Of a stretch of DNA of 64,000 nt, positions 12,571-24,150 are shown in pieces. The stretch spans positions 133,426,001-133,490,000 of the forward strand of contig CM059432.1 in assembly GCA_030390025.1 (NCBI GenBank), in the 5' to 3' direction. Made by a program: the position numbers and the translations under genes. Origin of the DNA: Squalus acanthias (Eukaryota). Each line of letters begins with the position of its first letter. The stretch's first letter is position 1. Below the pieces are notes generated by a model, which was given only the letters and a program-made list of their open reading frames with translations, was not told where the DNA came from and ran no database searches.

Positions 12571-13069
12571 TTAAGAGTCATTCTTTTCTCTCCTCCAGTT
12601 TTGTTCCCCATTTCTCTTGAAGGTGTTGACTGCTTGGTCCCACGGGTGCTGGTCATCCTCTGGTCCCCTCCCCCACCCTGCCCCCCGAAGTGGTCATAAT
12701 AGGGTAGCAATCAAAATGCAATGCAAAATGCAAAATGGGCAAAAACAAATGAGCAGCCCGTTTTAAACTCCACCCGATCTTCTCTTCATGGAGAGGTAAG
12801 TCGGGCGAGGTGTAAAGTGGGCTGCCGATTGACCAGCACCCGTTTTGGGCTACCTCCCAAGACCAATTTCTACCTCAATAGTCCTGTAATGTTAGCCTTG
12901 GCTGTGAGTGTCGCTAGCCTGTTCAACAGTGGAGGGAATAGGAGATATCAGAGACAAGCTCAATCTTGTCCTCATCCGAATGTCCGCACACACACATACA
13001 CACACACACACACACACAATTTACAGCACGGGTACTGGGCATTGATGAGAACTGGGAGTCCTTAGGTGA

Positions 13070-15050
13070 CATAGAATCATAGAATCATAGAAATTTAAGG
13101 CAAAGAAGGAGCCCATTCAGCCCATATTCAGCCTAACACCACTTTCCAGCTTTTGGTCCGTAGCCCTGTAAGTTATGACACTTCAAGTGCATTTCCAAGT
13201 ACTTTTTAAATGCGGTGAGGCTTTCTGCCTCTACAACCCTTTCAGGCAGTGAGTTCCAGATCCCACCAACCTCTGGGTGAAAAGAATTCTCCTCAACTTC
13301 CTTCGAATCTTTCTATCAATTACTTTAAATCTATGCCCCCTGGTTATTGACCTCTCTGCTATGGGAAATAGGTCCTTCCTATCCACTCTATCTAAGCCCT
13401 ATCCCCAGCTATAGTGCTGAAGACTTGTGCTCCAGAACTAGCCATGCCTCTAGCCAAGCTGTTCCAGTACAGCTACAACACTGGCATCTATCCGACAATG
13501 TGGAAAACAGCCCAGGTATGTCCTATCCACAAAGCAGGACAAATCCAATCCGGCCAATTACCGCCCCATCATCAGTAAAGCGATGTAAGGTGTCATCGAC
13601 AGTGCTATCAAGTGGCACTTACCAATAACCTGCTCACTGATGCCCAGTTTGGGTTCCGCCAAGACCACTCAACTCCCGACCTCATTACAGCCTTAGTCCA
13701 AACATGGACAAAGGAGCTGAATTCCAGAGGTGAGGTGAGAGTGGCTGCCTTTGACATCAAGGCAGCATTTGAGCCCTAGTAAAACTGACGTCAATGGGAA
13801 TCAGGGGGAAATGCTCCACTGGCTGGAGTCATACCTAGCACAAAGGAAGATGGTTGTGGTGATTGAAGGTTCACAGCCCCAGGACATCGCTGCAGGAGTT
13901 ACTCAGGGCAGTGTCCTAGGCCCAACCATCTTCAGCTGCTTCATCAATGACCTTCCCTCCAACATAAGGTCAGAAATGGGGATGTTCGCTGATGACTGCA
14001 CAATGTTCAGCAACTCCTCAGATAATGAAGCAGTCCATGCCCGCATGCAACAAGACCTGGACAATGTTCAGGCTTGGGCTGATAAGTGGCAGGTAACATT
14101 CGCGCCACAGAAGTGCCAGGCAATGACTATCTCCAACAAGCGAGAGTCTAACCACCTCCCCATGACATTTAACGGCATTACCATTGGCGATTCCCCCACC
14201 ATCAACATCCTGGGGTCACCATTGACCAGAAACTTAACTGGACCAGCCACATAAATACTATGGCAACAAGAGCAGGTCAGAGGCTAGGTATTCTGCAGCT
14301 AGGTATTCTGCAGCGAGTGTCTCACCTCCTGATTTCCCAAAGCTTTTCCACCATCTACAAGGCACAAGTAAGGAGTGTGATGGAATACTCTCCACTTGCC
14401 TGGATGAGTGCAGCTGCAACAACACTCAAGAAGCTCGACACCATCCAGGACAAAGCAACCCGCTTGATTGGCACCCCATCCACCACCTTAAACATTCACT
14501 CCCACCACTGGCGCATCATGTCTGCAGTGTGTACCATCTACAAGATGCACTGCAGCAACTCACCAAGGATTCTTCGGCAGCACCTCCCAAACCCGCGACC
14601 TCTTCCACCTAGAAGGACAAGGGCAGCAGGCGCATGGGAACACCACCACCTCCAAGTTCCCCTCCAAGTCACACACCATCCTGACTTAGAAGTATATCGC
14701 CGATCCTTCATCGTCGCTGGGTCAAAATCCTGGAACTCCCTACCTAACAGCACTGTGGGAGTACCTTCACCACACGGACTGCAGCGGTTCAAGAAGGTGG
14801 CTCACCACCACCTTCTCAAGGGCAACTAGGGATGGGCAATAAATGCTGGCCTTGCCAGCGATGCCCAGATCCCTTGAAAGAATTTTTTAAAAAGCCCCTC
14901 ATAATTTTATACACCTCAATTAAGTCTCCCCTCAGCCTCTTTTGTTCCAAAGAAAACAACCCCAGCATATCCAATCTTTCCTCATAACTAAAATTCTCCA
15001 GTCCTGGCAACATCCTCGTAAATTTCTGTCGTGAAATCACATCCTTCCTG
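13070..15050 (-). mobile_element. CR1 3' fragment (-) split by the LINE at 13400-14892
   Basis: The tail (CATAGAAT)n starts at about 13070. The coding part resumes at about 14893 (ORF FTRMLPGLENFSYEERL). AAGCCC occurs at both junctions. Confidence 0.7.
13400..14892 (+). mobile_element. 5'-truncated non-LTR retrotransposon (CR1/L2-group, family distinct from the common CR1)
   Basis: RT motifs FDIKAAF, QGSVLGP, FADD and YKAQVRSVMEYSPLAW. The 3' end has AATAAA. The same family occurs at 27430-27925, 45340-45900 and about 42480-42545. Confidence 0.85.
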
Positions 15051-15544
15051 TAATGACATTTCTCCCCCTAGAGAAGCTCAGGCCAACTGCATCGGCCCAA
15101 CCGCTTCCCTGGTTGAGTCCAGCTCACAGAGTGGAGATCGCGTCTGGGATCTTCTGGTCTCTATGGCTTAGTGCCGCACCAATCCGAGTGTTTCACTCGT
15201 AGCCTTCAGTGAGACTAACGTAATTCTAATGACTTTACAGAAACTGATTTTATTTTTCTGACATCAGATTAAAAACAAATGAACCTTGGTTGTAGCCACA
15301 GGCAGCCCCGGCAATATTCTATGTGTGCATCGTTTTTCATCAATTACATGTTATTTAAATTCTAACATAATCTAAATTGGCAATTATCATTTGCTGAATT
15401 GAGTAGAGCAATAATTCTGTACATTCGCAGTGTTCCGAGTTACTTTAATAGTCAAAAGTAACATTACAAAAATGCAAGGTTGTTCCTTTTAGTGAACTAA
15501 CTTGTTTTTATTCTACACGGAAGTATTTTAAGTCTCATGCAAAT

Positions 15545-16190
15545 GGTATGTTGGCCTTTATTACATTGGGGTTGGAGTACAAGGGTAAGGAGGTTTTGCT
15601 ACAATTGTACAGGGCTTTGGTGAGACCACACCTGGAGTACTGAGAACAGTTTTGGTCTCCTTATCTGAGGAAGGACCTACATGCCTAAGAGGCGGTGCAA
15701 TGAAGGTTCACTAGATTGATCCCTGGGATGAGAGGGTTGTCCTATGAGGGGAGATTGAGTAGATTGGGCCTATACTCTCTGGAGTTTAGAAGAATGAGAG
15801 CTGATCTCATTGGAAACATGTAAGATTCTGAGGGGGATTGACAGGGTAGATGCTGAGAGGTTGTTTCCCTGGCTGGGGAGTCTAGAACTAGGGGGCATAA
15901 TCTCAGGTAAGGGGTAGGCCTTTTAAGACTGAGATGAGGAGGAATTTCTTCACTCAGAGGGTTGTGAATCTTTGGAATTCTCTACCCGAAAGGGCTGTGG
16001 ATGCTCAGTCGTTGAGTATATTCAAGGCTGCGATAGATAGATTTTTGGACTCTCGGGGAATCAAGGGATATGGGAATAGGGCGGGAAAGTGGAGTTGAGG
16101 TTGAAGATCAGCCATGATCTTATTAAATGGCGGAACAGGCTCAAAGGGCTGCATGTCCTACTCCTGCTCCTAATCCTTATGTTCTTATGT
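15545..16190 (+). mobile_element. CR1 LINE 3' fragment
   Basis: Homologous to 5520-6180 and ends CTTATGTTCTTATG. Confidence 0.85.
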
Positions 16191-16259
16191 CTTGTTGGTT
16201 TCTTCAGGTGATAATTAAATATCTGAAGAGCAGGCCTCTGAGAATTCAAGAAACATTCA

Positions 16260-16720
16260 ATAACAACAACTTGCATTTATATAGTGCCATTAACATAGTA
16301 AAACGTCCCAAGGTGCTTCACAGGAACGTTGTCAGATACCGTTTGACACCGAGCCACATAAGGAGATATTAGGACAGATGACCAAAAGCTTGGTCAAAGA
16401 GCTAGGTTTTCAGGAGCATCTTAAAGGAGGAGAGAGAGGTAGAGAGGCGGAGAGGTTTAGGGAGGGAATTCCAGAGCTTTGGGCCTAGTCAGCTGAAGGC
16501 ACGGCCACCAATGGTGGAGCGATGGAAATCGGGGATGCGCCAGATGCCAGAATTGGAGGAGCACAGCGAGCTCAAAGGGTTGTAGGGCTGGAGGAAGTGA
16601 CAGAGATAGGATGGGGCGAAGCTATGGAGGCATTTGAAAGCAAGGATGATGAGGCGTTGATGGACCAGGAGCCAATGTAGGTCAGCGAGTACAGGGGTGA
16701 TGGATGAACGGGACTTCCTC
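16260..16720 (-). mobile_element. L2 LINE 3' fragment
   Basis: (ACA)n tail; ORF ITPVLADLHWL...STIGGRAFS. Confidence 0.8.
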
Positions 16721-17572
16721 ATCTGTAACTATCTTGTGATCTTGTGGAGATCAAATTTCACTTAAAAGCAACTTTTTTTTCCCCTCTGGTATAGAAGAAC
16801 TGGCTTTACTCCACGATAGACTTTTTGTGATATATTATGCGGGAAGATGCTTGGGTTCTGTACTTGGAGCAAGGCTAAATGGCTGTGAATTGTTGATAAA
16901 TTGACAATGTGAAATATTTGGCCTGTAAAATTAAAGGAGCCTTCCATTAAATGGAACCTCCAGTTTGCATCCCAGAGGTCAGTGTTAAAGGGTCTGCATT
17001 CAATTCTATCTCCTTCAAACCCTCAAACTTGTTTTAATAAAAACTATTAAAGTGAGTCTTTGTTTTACCACTTTGTACTGTTGAGATCTCTGTCTCTGGC
17101 CCAGTCAAGAGGCTGTGATAATTTTGTAAAGATCTCGTGGCACAAAGGGCCTATTTGTTCATGTTTTAAATAGGCCTCACTTTTATTTTTGCACTCACAA
17201 CATAGGAAAGGTCAGCATCTGGCGTGTTATCGTGAGAACTTAATGAAAGTTTTATAACTCTTGAAATGTTTATGACCCTCGCGCTTAGTAGCTTGTCTGT
17301 CCAATTAATGGCTTATTATGAAGTAGCTTATGAGAAGCCACAGCAGAGGCTGGGCTTCTGCCAGCTGGGCAGATGAGATGTAAATAATCTGCTCCTGCTT
17401 GCCTGGCTCTTCATTTTAGTGTCACAAATCAATAGAACAATATGATCGGAAAATCCTGGATAAAAATATAATTTGTCTCCTGGGACCCTGTTGTGAACTA
17501 AGCAATGCTTGACAATTCACTATGAGTTAGCAGTTATTAATTCTAGCATCAGGATTGCTGGACAATCAGAGC

Positions 17573-18353
17573 ATCATAGAATGACACAGCACAGAAGGAG
17601 GCCATTCAGCCCATCTTGCCTGTGCCGGCTCTTTGAAAGAGCTAATCCAATAAGTCCCACTCCCCCTGCCCTTTCCCCACAGCCCTGAACATTTTTCCCC
17701 TTCAATTATTTATCCAATTCCCTTCTGAAAGTTACTATTGAATCTGTTTCCACCACCCTTTCAGGCAGCGCATTCCAGATCACAACCACTCGCTGCGTAA
17801 AAATATTTCTCCTCATCTCACCCCTGGTTCATTTGCCAGTTACCTTAAATCTGTGTCCTCTGGTTACCGACCCTTCTGCCACTGGAAACAGTTTCTCCTT
17901 ATTTACTCTATCAAAACCTGTCATGATTTTAAACACCACTATCAAATCTCCCCTTAACCTTCTCTGCTCTAATGAGAACACTCCCAGCTAATGGCTGGAT
18001 GATTTTTGTGGCGGAGGCGGGGTTGAAAATAATTGTGAGTTGATTGAGGAGGAAAAGACAAAGCACAGGTTAAAATATATAAGTTAATTTGCAAAAGAAC
18101 CAGAGGGGAGATGAGGAGAATTTTTATTTATACAGAGAGTTGTTGTGATCTGGAATGCACTGCCTGGAAGGGCGGTGGAAGCAGATTCAATAGTAACTTT
18201 CAAAAGGGAATTGGATATATACTTGAAAAGGAAAATATTGTAGGGCTATGGGGAAAGGGAAGGCGTAAGGGACTAATTGGTTAGCTCTTTCAAAGAGCCG
18301 GCACAGGCACAATGGGCGAAATGGCCTCCTTCTGTGCTGTATCATTCTATGAT
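17573..18353. mobile_element. Two CR1 3' ends in inverted, tails-out orientation
   Basis: 17573-17990 (-) and about 18060-18353 (+) share the tail GCCGGCTCTTTGAAAGAGCTAA and its reverse complement. Confidence 0.75.
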
Positions 18354-18661
18354 GTGCAATTAGAATTCCCATGTGATTAACAAGTCTGCAATGTCTTTAA
18401 TCCTTCAGTCTAGAATACCTCAAGAAATGTAAAAGAATTGGTAGGAGGGAGACTTAAACTGAATTGAAATTCTAAAGTGTCCATAAATCGACTAATTCTG
18501 ATTTTTTTAAATATAAAAATTAGAAACTTTGGTGAAGGACCAAGGTCCATAGAGCAGGACATCACCAAAGTTGAAAAGAGAAGAGATGATGATGAAGTAT
18601 ATCAAAAGGATTTATTACACGCCATACATCTTAGGTTTTAAAAGCCTGCAAATTGTAGGAG

Positions 18662-19125
18662 TATAAGAACATATGGACAATGACGGACAGAAAAAGACCC
18701 CCTGGTCCATCCAGCCTGTCCCACACAATTGTGATACATCACAATATATACACTCCCCACCCCACCCAATACCGTGTGATCTCCTGGGAGAGGCGAAAAA
18801 CCAGATAAAAACCTAGTCCAATTTGGGGGAAAAAATCTGGGAAATTCCTCTCTGACCCCCTTAGGCGATGGTAACTAGTCCAGGAGACCACTCTGGCCCT
18901 GATCATTTTATGCCATACCTACCTCTTGTATGAGGTGATCTCCGCCCCAGCCAGAAACAGGCCCAGCTCTCACTTGAAGGAATTCAGCGAATCGGTGTCC
19001 ACCGCACGAGCCAGCGCTTGTTCCACAAGTTCACTATTCCCTGGGAATAGAACCACCTCCTGACATCTAACCTAGATCTGGCCTTACACAACTTAAAATT
19101 GGGACCCCTGGTCCTCCCTAACTTA
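18662..19125 (-). mobile_element. CR1-like LINE 3' end of a different subfamily
   Basis: ATAAGAACAT tail and GACCCCCTGGTCCATCCAGCC stem, followed by reverse-strand RT C-terminal coding remnants. Confidence 0.55.
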
Positions 19126-21169
19126 TGAGGAAGTTCAAAGAGTCTTGCTTCCCAAATTATGAGGATGCAAGGAGGAAGAACCTGCAGGAGGACATATTTG
19201 AAGTTTATGAGGAATAAGAGGTAGAGGAATGCCTCAATTCAGGTTACTTTCATTTTAGTGCATGCATCCACCATTTTGCATAGCGTACAGTAAGTTCTAC
19301 CCTCCCACAATGGGTAGATGATGGGCAAATGACTGCCATCAGCCTAGCAACAGAGAAGCGATTTTTGTTTGTTAAAACGAGAAACATAACTTGTGGCTAG
19401 TGGTATATTAGCAGTGAATTCTATCCACGATGAAAGATGCTATCAATCCCTGGCAGTGCAGCATGTGACTTCATGGAAGTGGTGTGATGGTCCACTCTAT
19501 GATAGTCTAGTGTGAAAAGTAATAAGCAGACATGTGGCAGTGATGTATCCATACAATACCTGGTCATTCAGTGAGGAGGATGGTAGGCAGCTTGGTAATA
19601 ATTGGACATTCACAAATTACTTGGTAATTACTGGGGATGGTGGGAGATCGCTTCATGAGAATGTTACATTTGTCTAATCTCTAGCCCCCTAATAGCAGAA
19701 TGGTAGGTAGCTTTGTTCCAATGTGCATTAATTTGAACCATGCAACACAATTCAAAACAACGGGTACATAGCTGTGTCTCTGAATACCGAAATTCTGAAC
19801 CTACAAAGCTGAATTTCAACCTCAATGGAGAAATATATTAATCTGAGCATTAAATATTGATCCTTCTTTGTAATACCCAACAACCCACTTTGAGGAACCT
19901 TGCAAAAACAGGAAATGCTGGAAAATGCAGTTTAATCAGCACTTGAAAGAGAACGATAGATTAACATTTCAGGTGTCACCCTAACTTCGTGTAGGCAATA
20001 CGTAACACTAAAGGATAAGATACAGCAGCTCTCCACTATTCGGCTCCCTTCTATGTAATAGTCTCTGAGGTAACCTGCTTCTTTTTGGCTCCCAAATTGA
20101 TAGGGAATTCCCTTTAAATTATGCCTTCAAAAAATACCTTCTTTAAGTCCCAAATAATGTTACGAGGAGAGTCTACTACTGTATTACACGCGTACCCACT
20201 GCATATAACATGAGGATAAAAGGATTTAAAACATTTACTTTTTTTAGGGCATTGACTTGGAGTTTTAAACACAGGATACAGCTGAAATGCTCTATGATAC
20301 TCATGAGGAAGTGGCTGAGATATCTAGCATAGGCAATCCATCTCTCCTCAGCTGATTTATGTATATTCACTCAGTAGCTGAGGTATCAAAGCAGCCACTG
20401 TGGCATTACAGAGGAGAAAGTAATGTTTTCACTGTGTGCAGTGACATACCATTCTATATTTCATTGAAAGCAAATCATTACTTGTAGTGTAATAGTCACC
20501 GCCATTTATTCGAACAGCCACCGATATTAACTGAACATACTGATGTCAACAAGGTTCTGGGTTTTGCTTTGCTCTGTGCACTTTTTGGACTGTTATTGTC
20601 TTATAACACAGAAAGACTATGTTACTGGGACTAAAAGCCAACAAATCCCCTGGAGCTGATGGCCTACATCCTAGGGTTTTAAAAGAGAGTGGCTGCAGAG
20701 ATAGTGGATGCATTAGTTTTGATCTTCCAGAATTCCCTAGATTTTAGAATGGTCCCCTGTGGACTGGAAGGTAGCAAATGTAACCCCACTATTCAAGAAA
20801 GGAAGGAGAGAGAATACAGGGCCAGTTAGCCTGACATCAATCGTCGGGAAAATGTTGGAATCTATTATTAAGAAAGTGATAACAGGGCACTTGAAAAATC
20901 ACAATATGATTAGCCAGAGTCAGCATGGTTTTATGAAAGCAAAACATGTTTGACAAATCTATTAGAGTTTTTTGAGGGTGTAACTAGCAGGGTAGATAAG
21001 GGAGAACCAGTGGATGTAGTATATTTTGATTTTCAGAAGGCATTCGATAAGGTGCCATACGAGAGGTTGTTATACAAGATTAGGGCTCATGAGATGGGGG
21101 GTAATGTATTAACATGGATAGAGGGTTGGTTAAAGGACAGAAAAGGACAGAAAACAGAGAATAAAAAAA

Positions 21170-22297
21170 ATAAAGACTTGCACCTTTCACAACCACTGGA
21201 CGTCCCAAAGTGTTTTACAGCCAATTAAGTAATTTTGAAGTGTAGTCACTGTTGTAATATAGGAAATGCTGCAGCCAATGTGCACACAGCCAGGTCCCAC
21301 AAACAGCAATGTGATAATGACCAGACAATGGCCCAGAAATTGATCTCGCTTTGTTCCCGCGGGGGTAAGCCTTCCCCGCGATGTCTCACCTCGCTTATGC
21401 TTTTTCTGATCCAGCTCGCACGAACTTGATGTTCCAGACATCAGCTGTGCTGGGCTTGCGTATCCCAGCGGCGCAGTTAATTCGTGCGAGCTGTGGGATC
21501 ACGTGACTCAGTTAGAGCCAATGGCAGCACACCATCTTCCATTCATAAGTCTCACAGCATGGCTGTGAGACTTATGAATCTTACACCCCCCCAAAATAAC
21601 AGCTAAACCTCAATTAAATTTAAAAAAAAAACCATCACATTAATAAAATAAGTATAGTTAATTAAATTAACCATTTTAAATAAAAAATTACATTTTTGAA
21701 AAAATTTAAAATCTTTTAAAAAGTTATAAAAATAAACTTACCTGTCTTTAAAGTCTATAAAAAAGATATACCTGTAAAAAAAAATTCAAAAAAATACTTA
21801 ATTCACTACTTACCTTCTTAAAAGCGGGTCTTACTCCTCCTTTTTACATTTCCAAAATCTTCCCTACTTACCTGCGCGTCCAAAGCATGAAGTGCACAGC
21901 GTGCGCGCAGCCTGTAGCGCGCACGCGATGCACTCAGGCCCCACCCCCTTTTCGGAAGAGCAATTGCCGGTTTTCAGCGCATGCGCAGGGCATGCAGAAA
22001 ACCGGCAATTGGAGTGGGAATACGCGAGAGTATGCAGTGCGTACTCTCGCGTCCCGGGATCAATTTTCGGCCCAATCTGTTTTTGTTATGTTGATTGAGG
22101 GATAAATATTGGACGCCAGGGATAACTTCCCTGCTCTTCTTTGAAATAGTGCCATGGGAGAGAGCAGACAGGGCTTCAGTTTAACATCTCATTCTGAAAG
22201 ACGGCACCTCCAACAGTGTCGCACTCCCTCAGTACTGTAGTGGAGTGTCATCTCAGATTTTTGTGCTCAAGTTTCTGGAGTGGGACTATGAACCCAC

Positions 22298-22328
<31 letters not shown>

Positions 22329-22347
22329 AACTGAGCCACTGGCTGAC
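21170..22347 (-). mobile_element. Deu-SINE (SacSINE1-like) inserted in CR1
   Basis: The reverse SINE tail is at about 21170 and the tRNA head ends at about 22347. It is split by the MITE at 21330-22073. Confidence 0.8.
21330..22073 (+). mobile_element. Hairpin-rich Harbinger-type MITE (family A, copy 2)
   Basis: TIRs GGCCCAGAAATTGATC / GATCAATTTTCGGCCC and TSD AAT. The internal layout matches 9390-10149. Confidence 0.85.
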
Positions 22348-23709
22348 AATAGTAAGAAACAGGTCATTTTTGGGATGCAGAGTGTAACTAGTGGAGTGCT
22401 GCAAGGATCAGTGCTTGGGCCAAAGCTATTTACAATCTATATCAATGACATAGGTGAGGAGACTGAGTGTAATATATCCAAGTTTGCTGACGATACAAAG
22501 TTAGGTTGTAAAGTCAGCTGTGAGGAGGACGCAAAGAGGCTGAAAAGGGATATAGACTGGTTAAGTGATTGGGTAAGAAGGTGGCAGATGGAGTATAATG
22601 TGAGGAAGTGTGAAATTATCCACTTTGGTAGGAAGAATGGAAAAGCAGAATATTTTTTAAAAGTTGAGAGACTAGTAAATGTTGGTATTCAGAGGGATTT
22701 GGGGGTCCTTGTACAGAAATCACAGAAAGTTAACAAGTGGGAACAGCAAGCAATTAGGTAGGGAAAGGGTACGTTGGCCTTTATTTCAAGGGGCTGGAGT
22801 ATCAGAGTAAGGAGCCTTGGTGCAATTATATAGGGCTTTGGTGAGACCACACCTGGAGTATTGTGTAGTTTTGGTCTCCTTACCGAAGGAAGGATATACT
22901 TGCCTTAGAGATGGTGCAACAAAGGTTCAGTAGATTGATTCTGGGATGAGAGGGCTGTCCTATGAGGAGAGATTGAGTAGATTGGGCCTATATTCTCTGG
23001 AGTTTAGAAGAATGAGAGGTGATCTCATCGAAATATATAAAAATTCTTAGAGGGCTTGACAGGGTAAATGCTGAGAGGTTGTTTCCCCTGGCAGGAAAGT
23101 CTAGAACTAGGGGGCATAGTCTCAGGATAAGGGGTCGGCCATTTAGGACTGAGATGAGAAGAAATTTCTTCACTCAGAGGGTGGTGAATCTTTGGAATTC
23201 TTCACCCTAGAGGGCTGTGGCTGCTCAGTCGTTGAGTATATTCAAGACTGAAATTGATAGATTCTTGGGCACTAAGGGAATCAAGGGATATGGGGATTGG
23301 GTGGGAAAGTGGAGTTGAGGTAGAAGATCAGCCATGATCTTATTGAATGGCAGAGCAGGGTCGAGGGGCCGTGTGGCCCACTCCTGCTCCTATTTCTTAT
23401 GTTCTTATGTTACTCGTGTGTAGCATGAATTGCAACAGATTTGATATCACTACAATTCAAATCATATGATTTAAGCCTTTGAAGTCTATGGTTTAATCAC
23501 AGAAACCTACTATTTGTTACCAACAGTTATGGTCCACCACTAATTGTAAATGTAATAAACTAGATACACAAGCTCCAACTATACATATTATAAAGAATAA
23601 CACAAGTGATGGTGTGTTTCAAGGTTTATTAACACATTTCAGAGTTTAAATGATGTTGCTCACCAATTTGAGCTTCATAACTGTAGTTCATAATATCCTC
23701 AATGCATTT

Positions 23710-24150
23710 ACAACAACAACAACTTGCATTTATAAAACGCCTCTAACTTAGTAGAATGTCCCAACGTGCTTCACAGGAGCATTATCAGACAAAATTTGAC
23801 ACCAAGCACATAAGGAGATATTAGGACAGGCTTGGTCAAAGAAGTAGGTTTTAAGGAGTGTCTTAAAGGAGCAGAGAGAGGTAGAGAGGCGGAGAGTTTT
23901 AGGGAGGGAATTCCAGAACTGAGGAACTAGGCAGCTGAAGGCACAACTGCCAATGGAGGGGCGAAAGAAATTGGGGGTGCACAAGAGGCCAGAAATGGAG
24001 GAACGTAGAGTCCTCGAAGGGTTGTAGGGCTACAGGAGGTTACAGAGATAGGGAGGGGTGAAACCATGGAAGGATTTGAATACAATTTTAAATTTGAGGT
24101 GTTTCTGGACCAGCAAGCACAGGGGTGATGGGTGAAAAGGAACGAGTCAG
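23710..24150 (-). mobile_element. L2 LINE 3' fragment
   Basis: (CAA)n tail followed by the typical L2 3' sequence seen elsewhere in the window. Confidence 0.75.

Larger units (their letters stand above)
20620..23410 (+). mobile_element. CR1 LINE interrupted by a Deu-SINE that contains a MITE
   Basis: ORFs contain DWKVANVTPLFKKG, DFQKAFDKVP, QGSVLGP and FADD. The tail is at about 23400. Confidence 0.9.

Noticed and set aside
19140..19750. Possible very old Harbinger transposase relic (CCTGGCAGTGCA.., CTGGGGATGGTGG)
   Set aside because: It is too decayed to support without an alignment.
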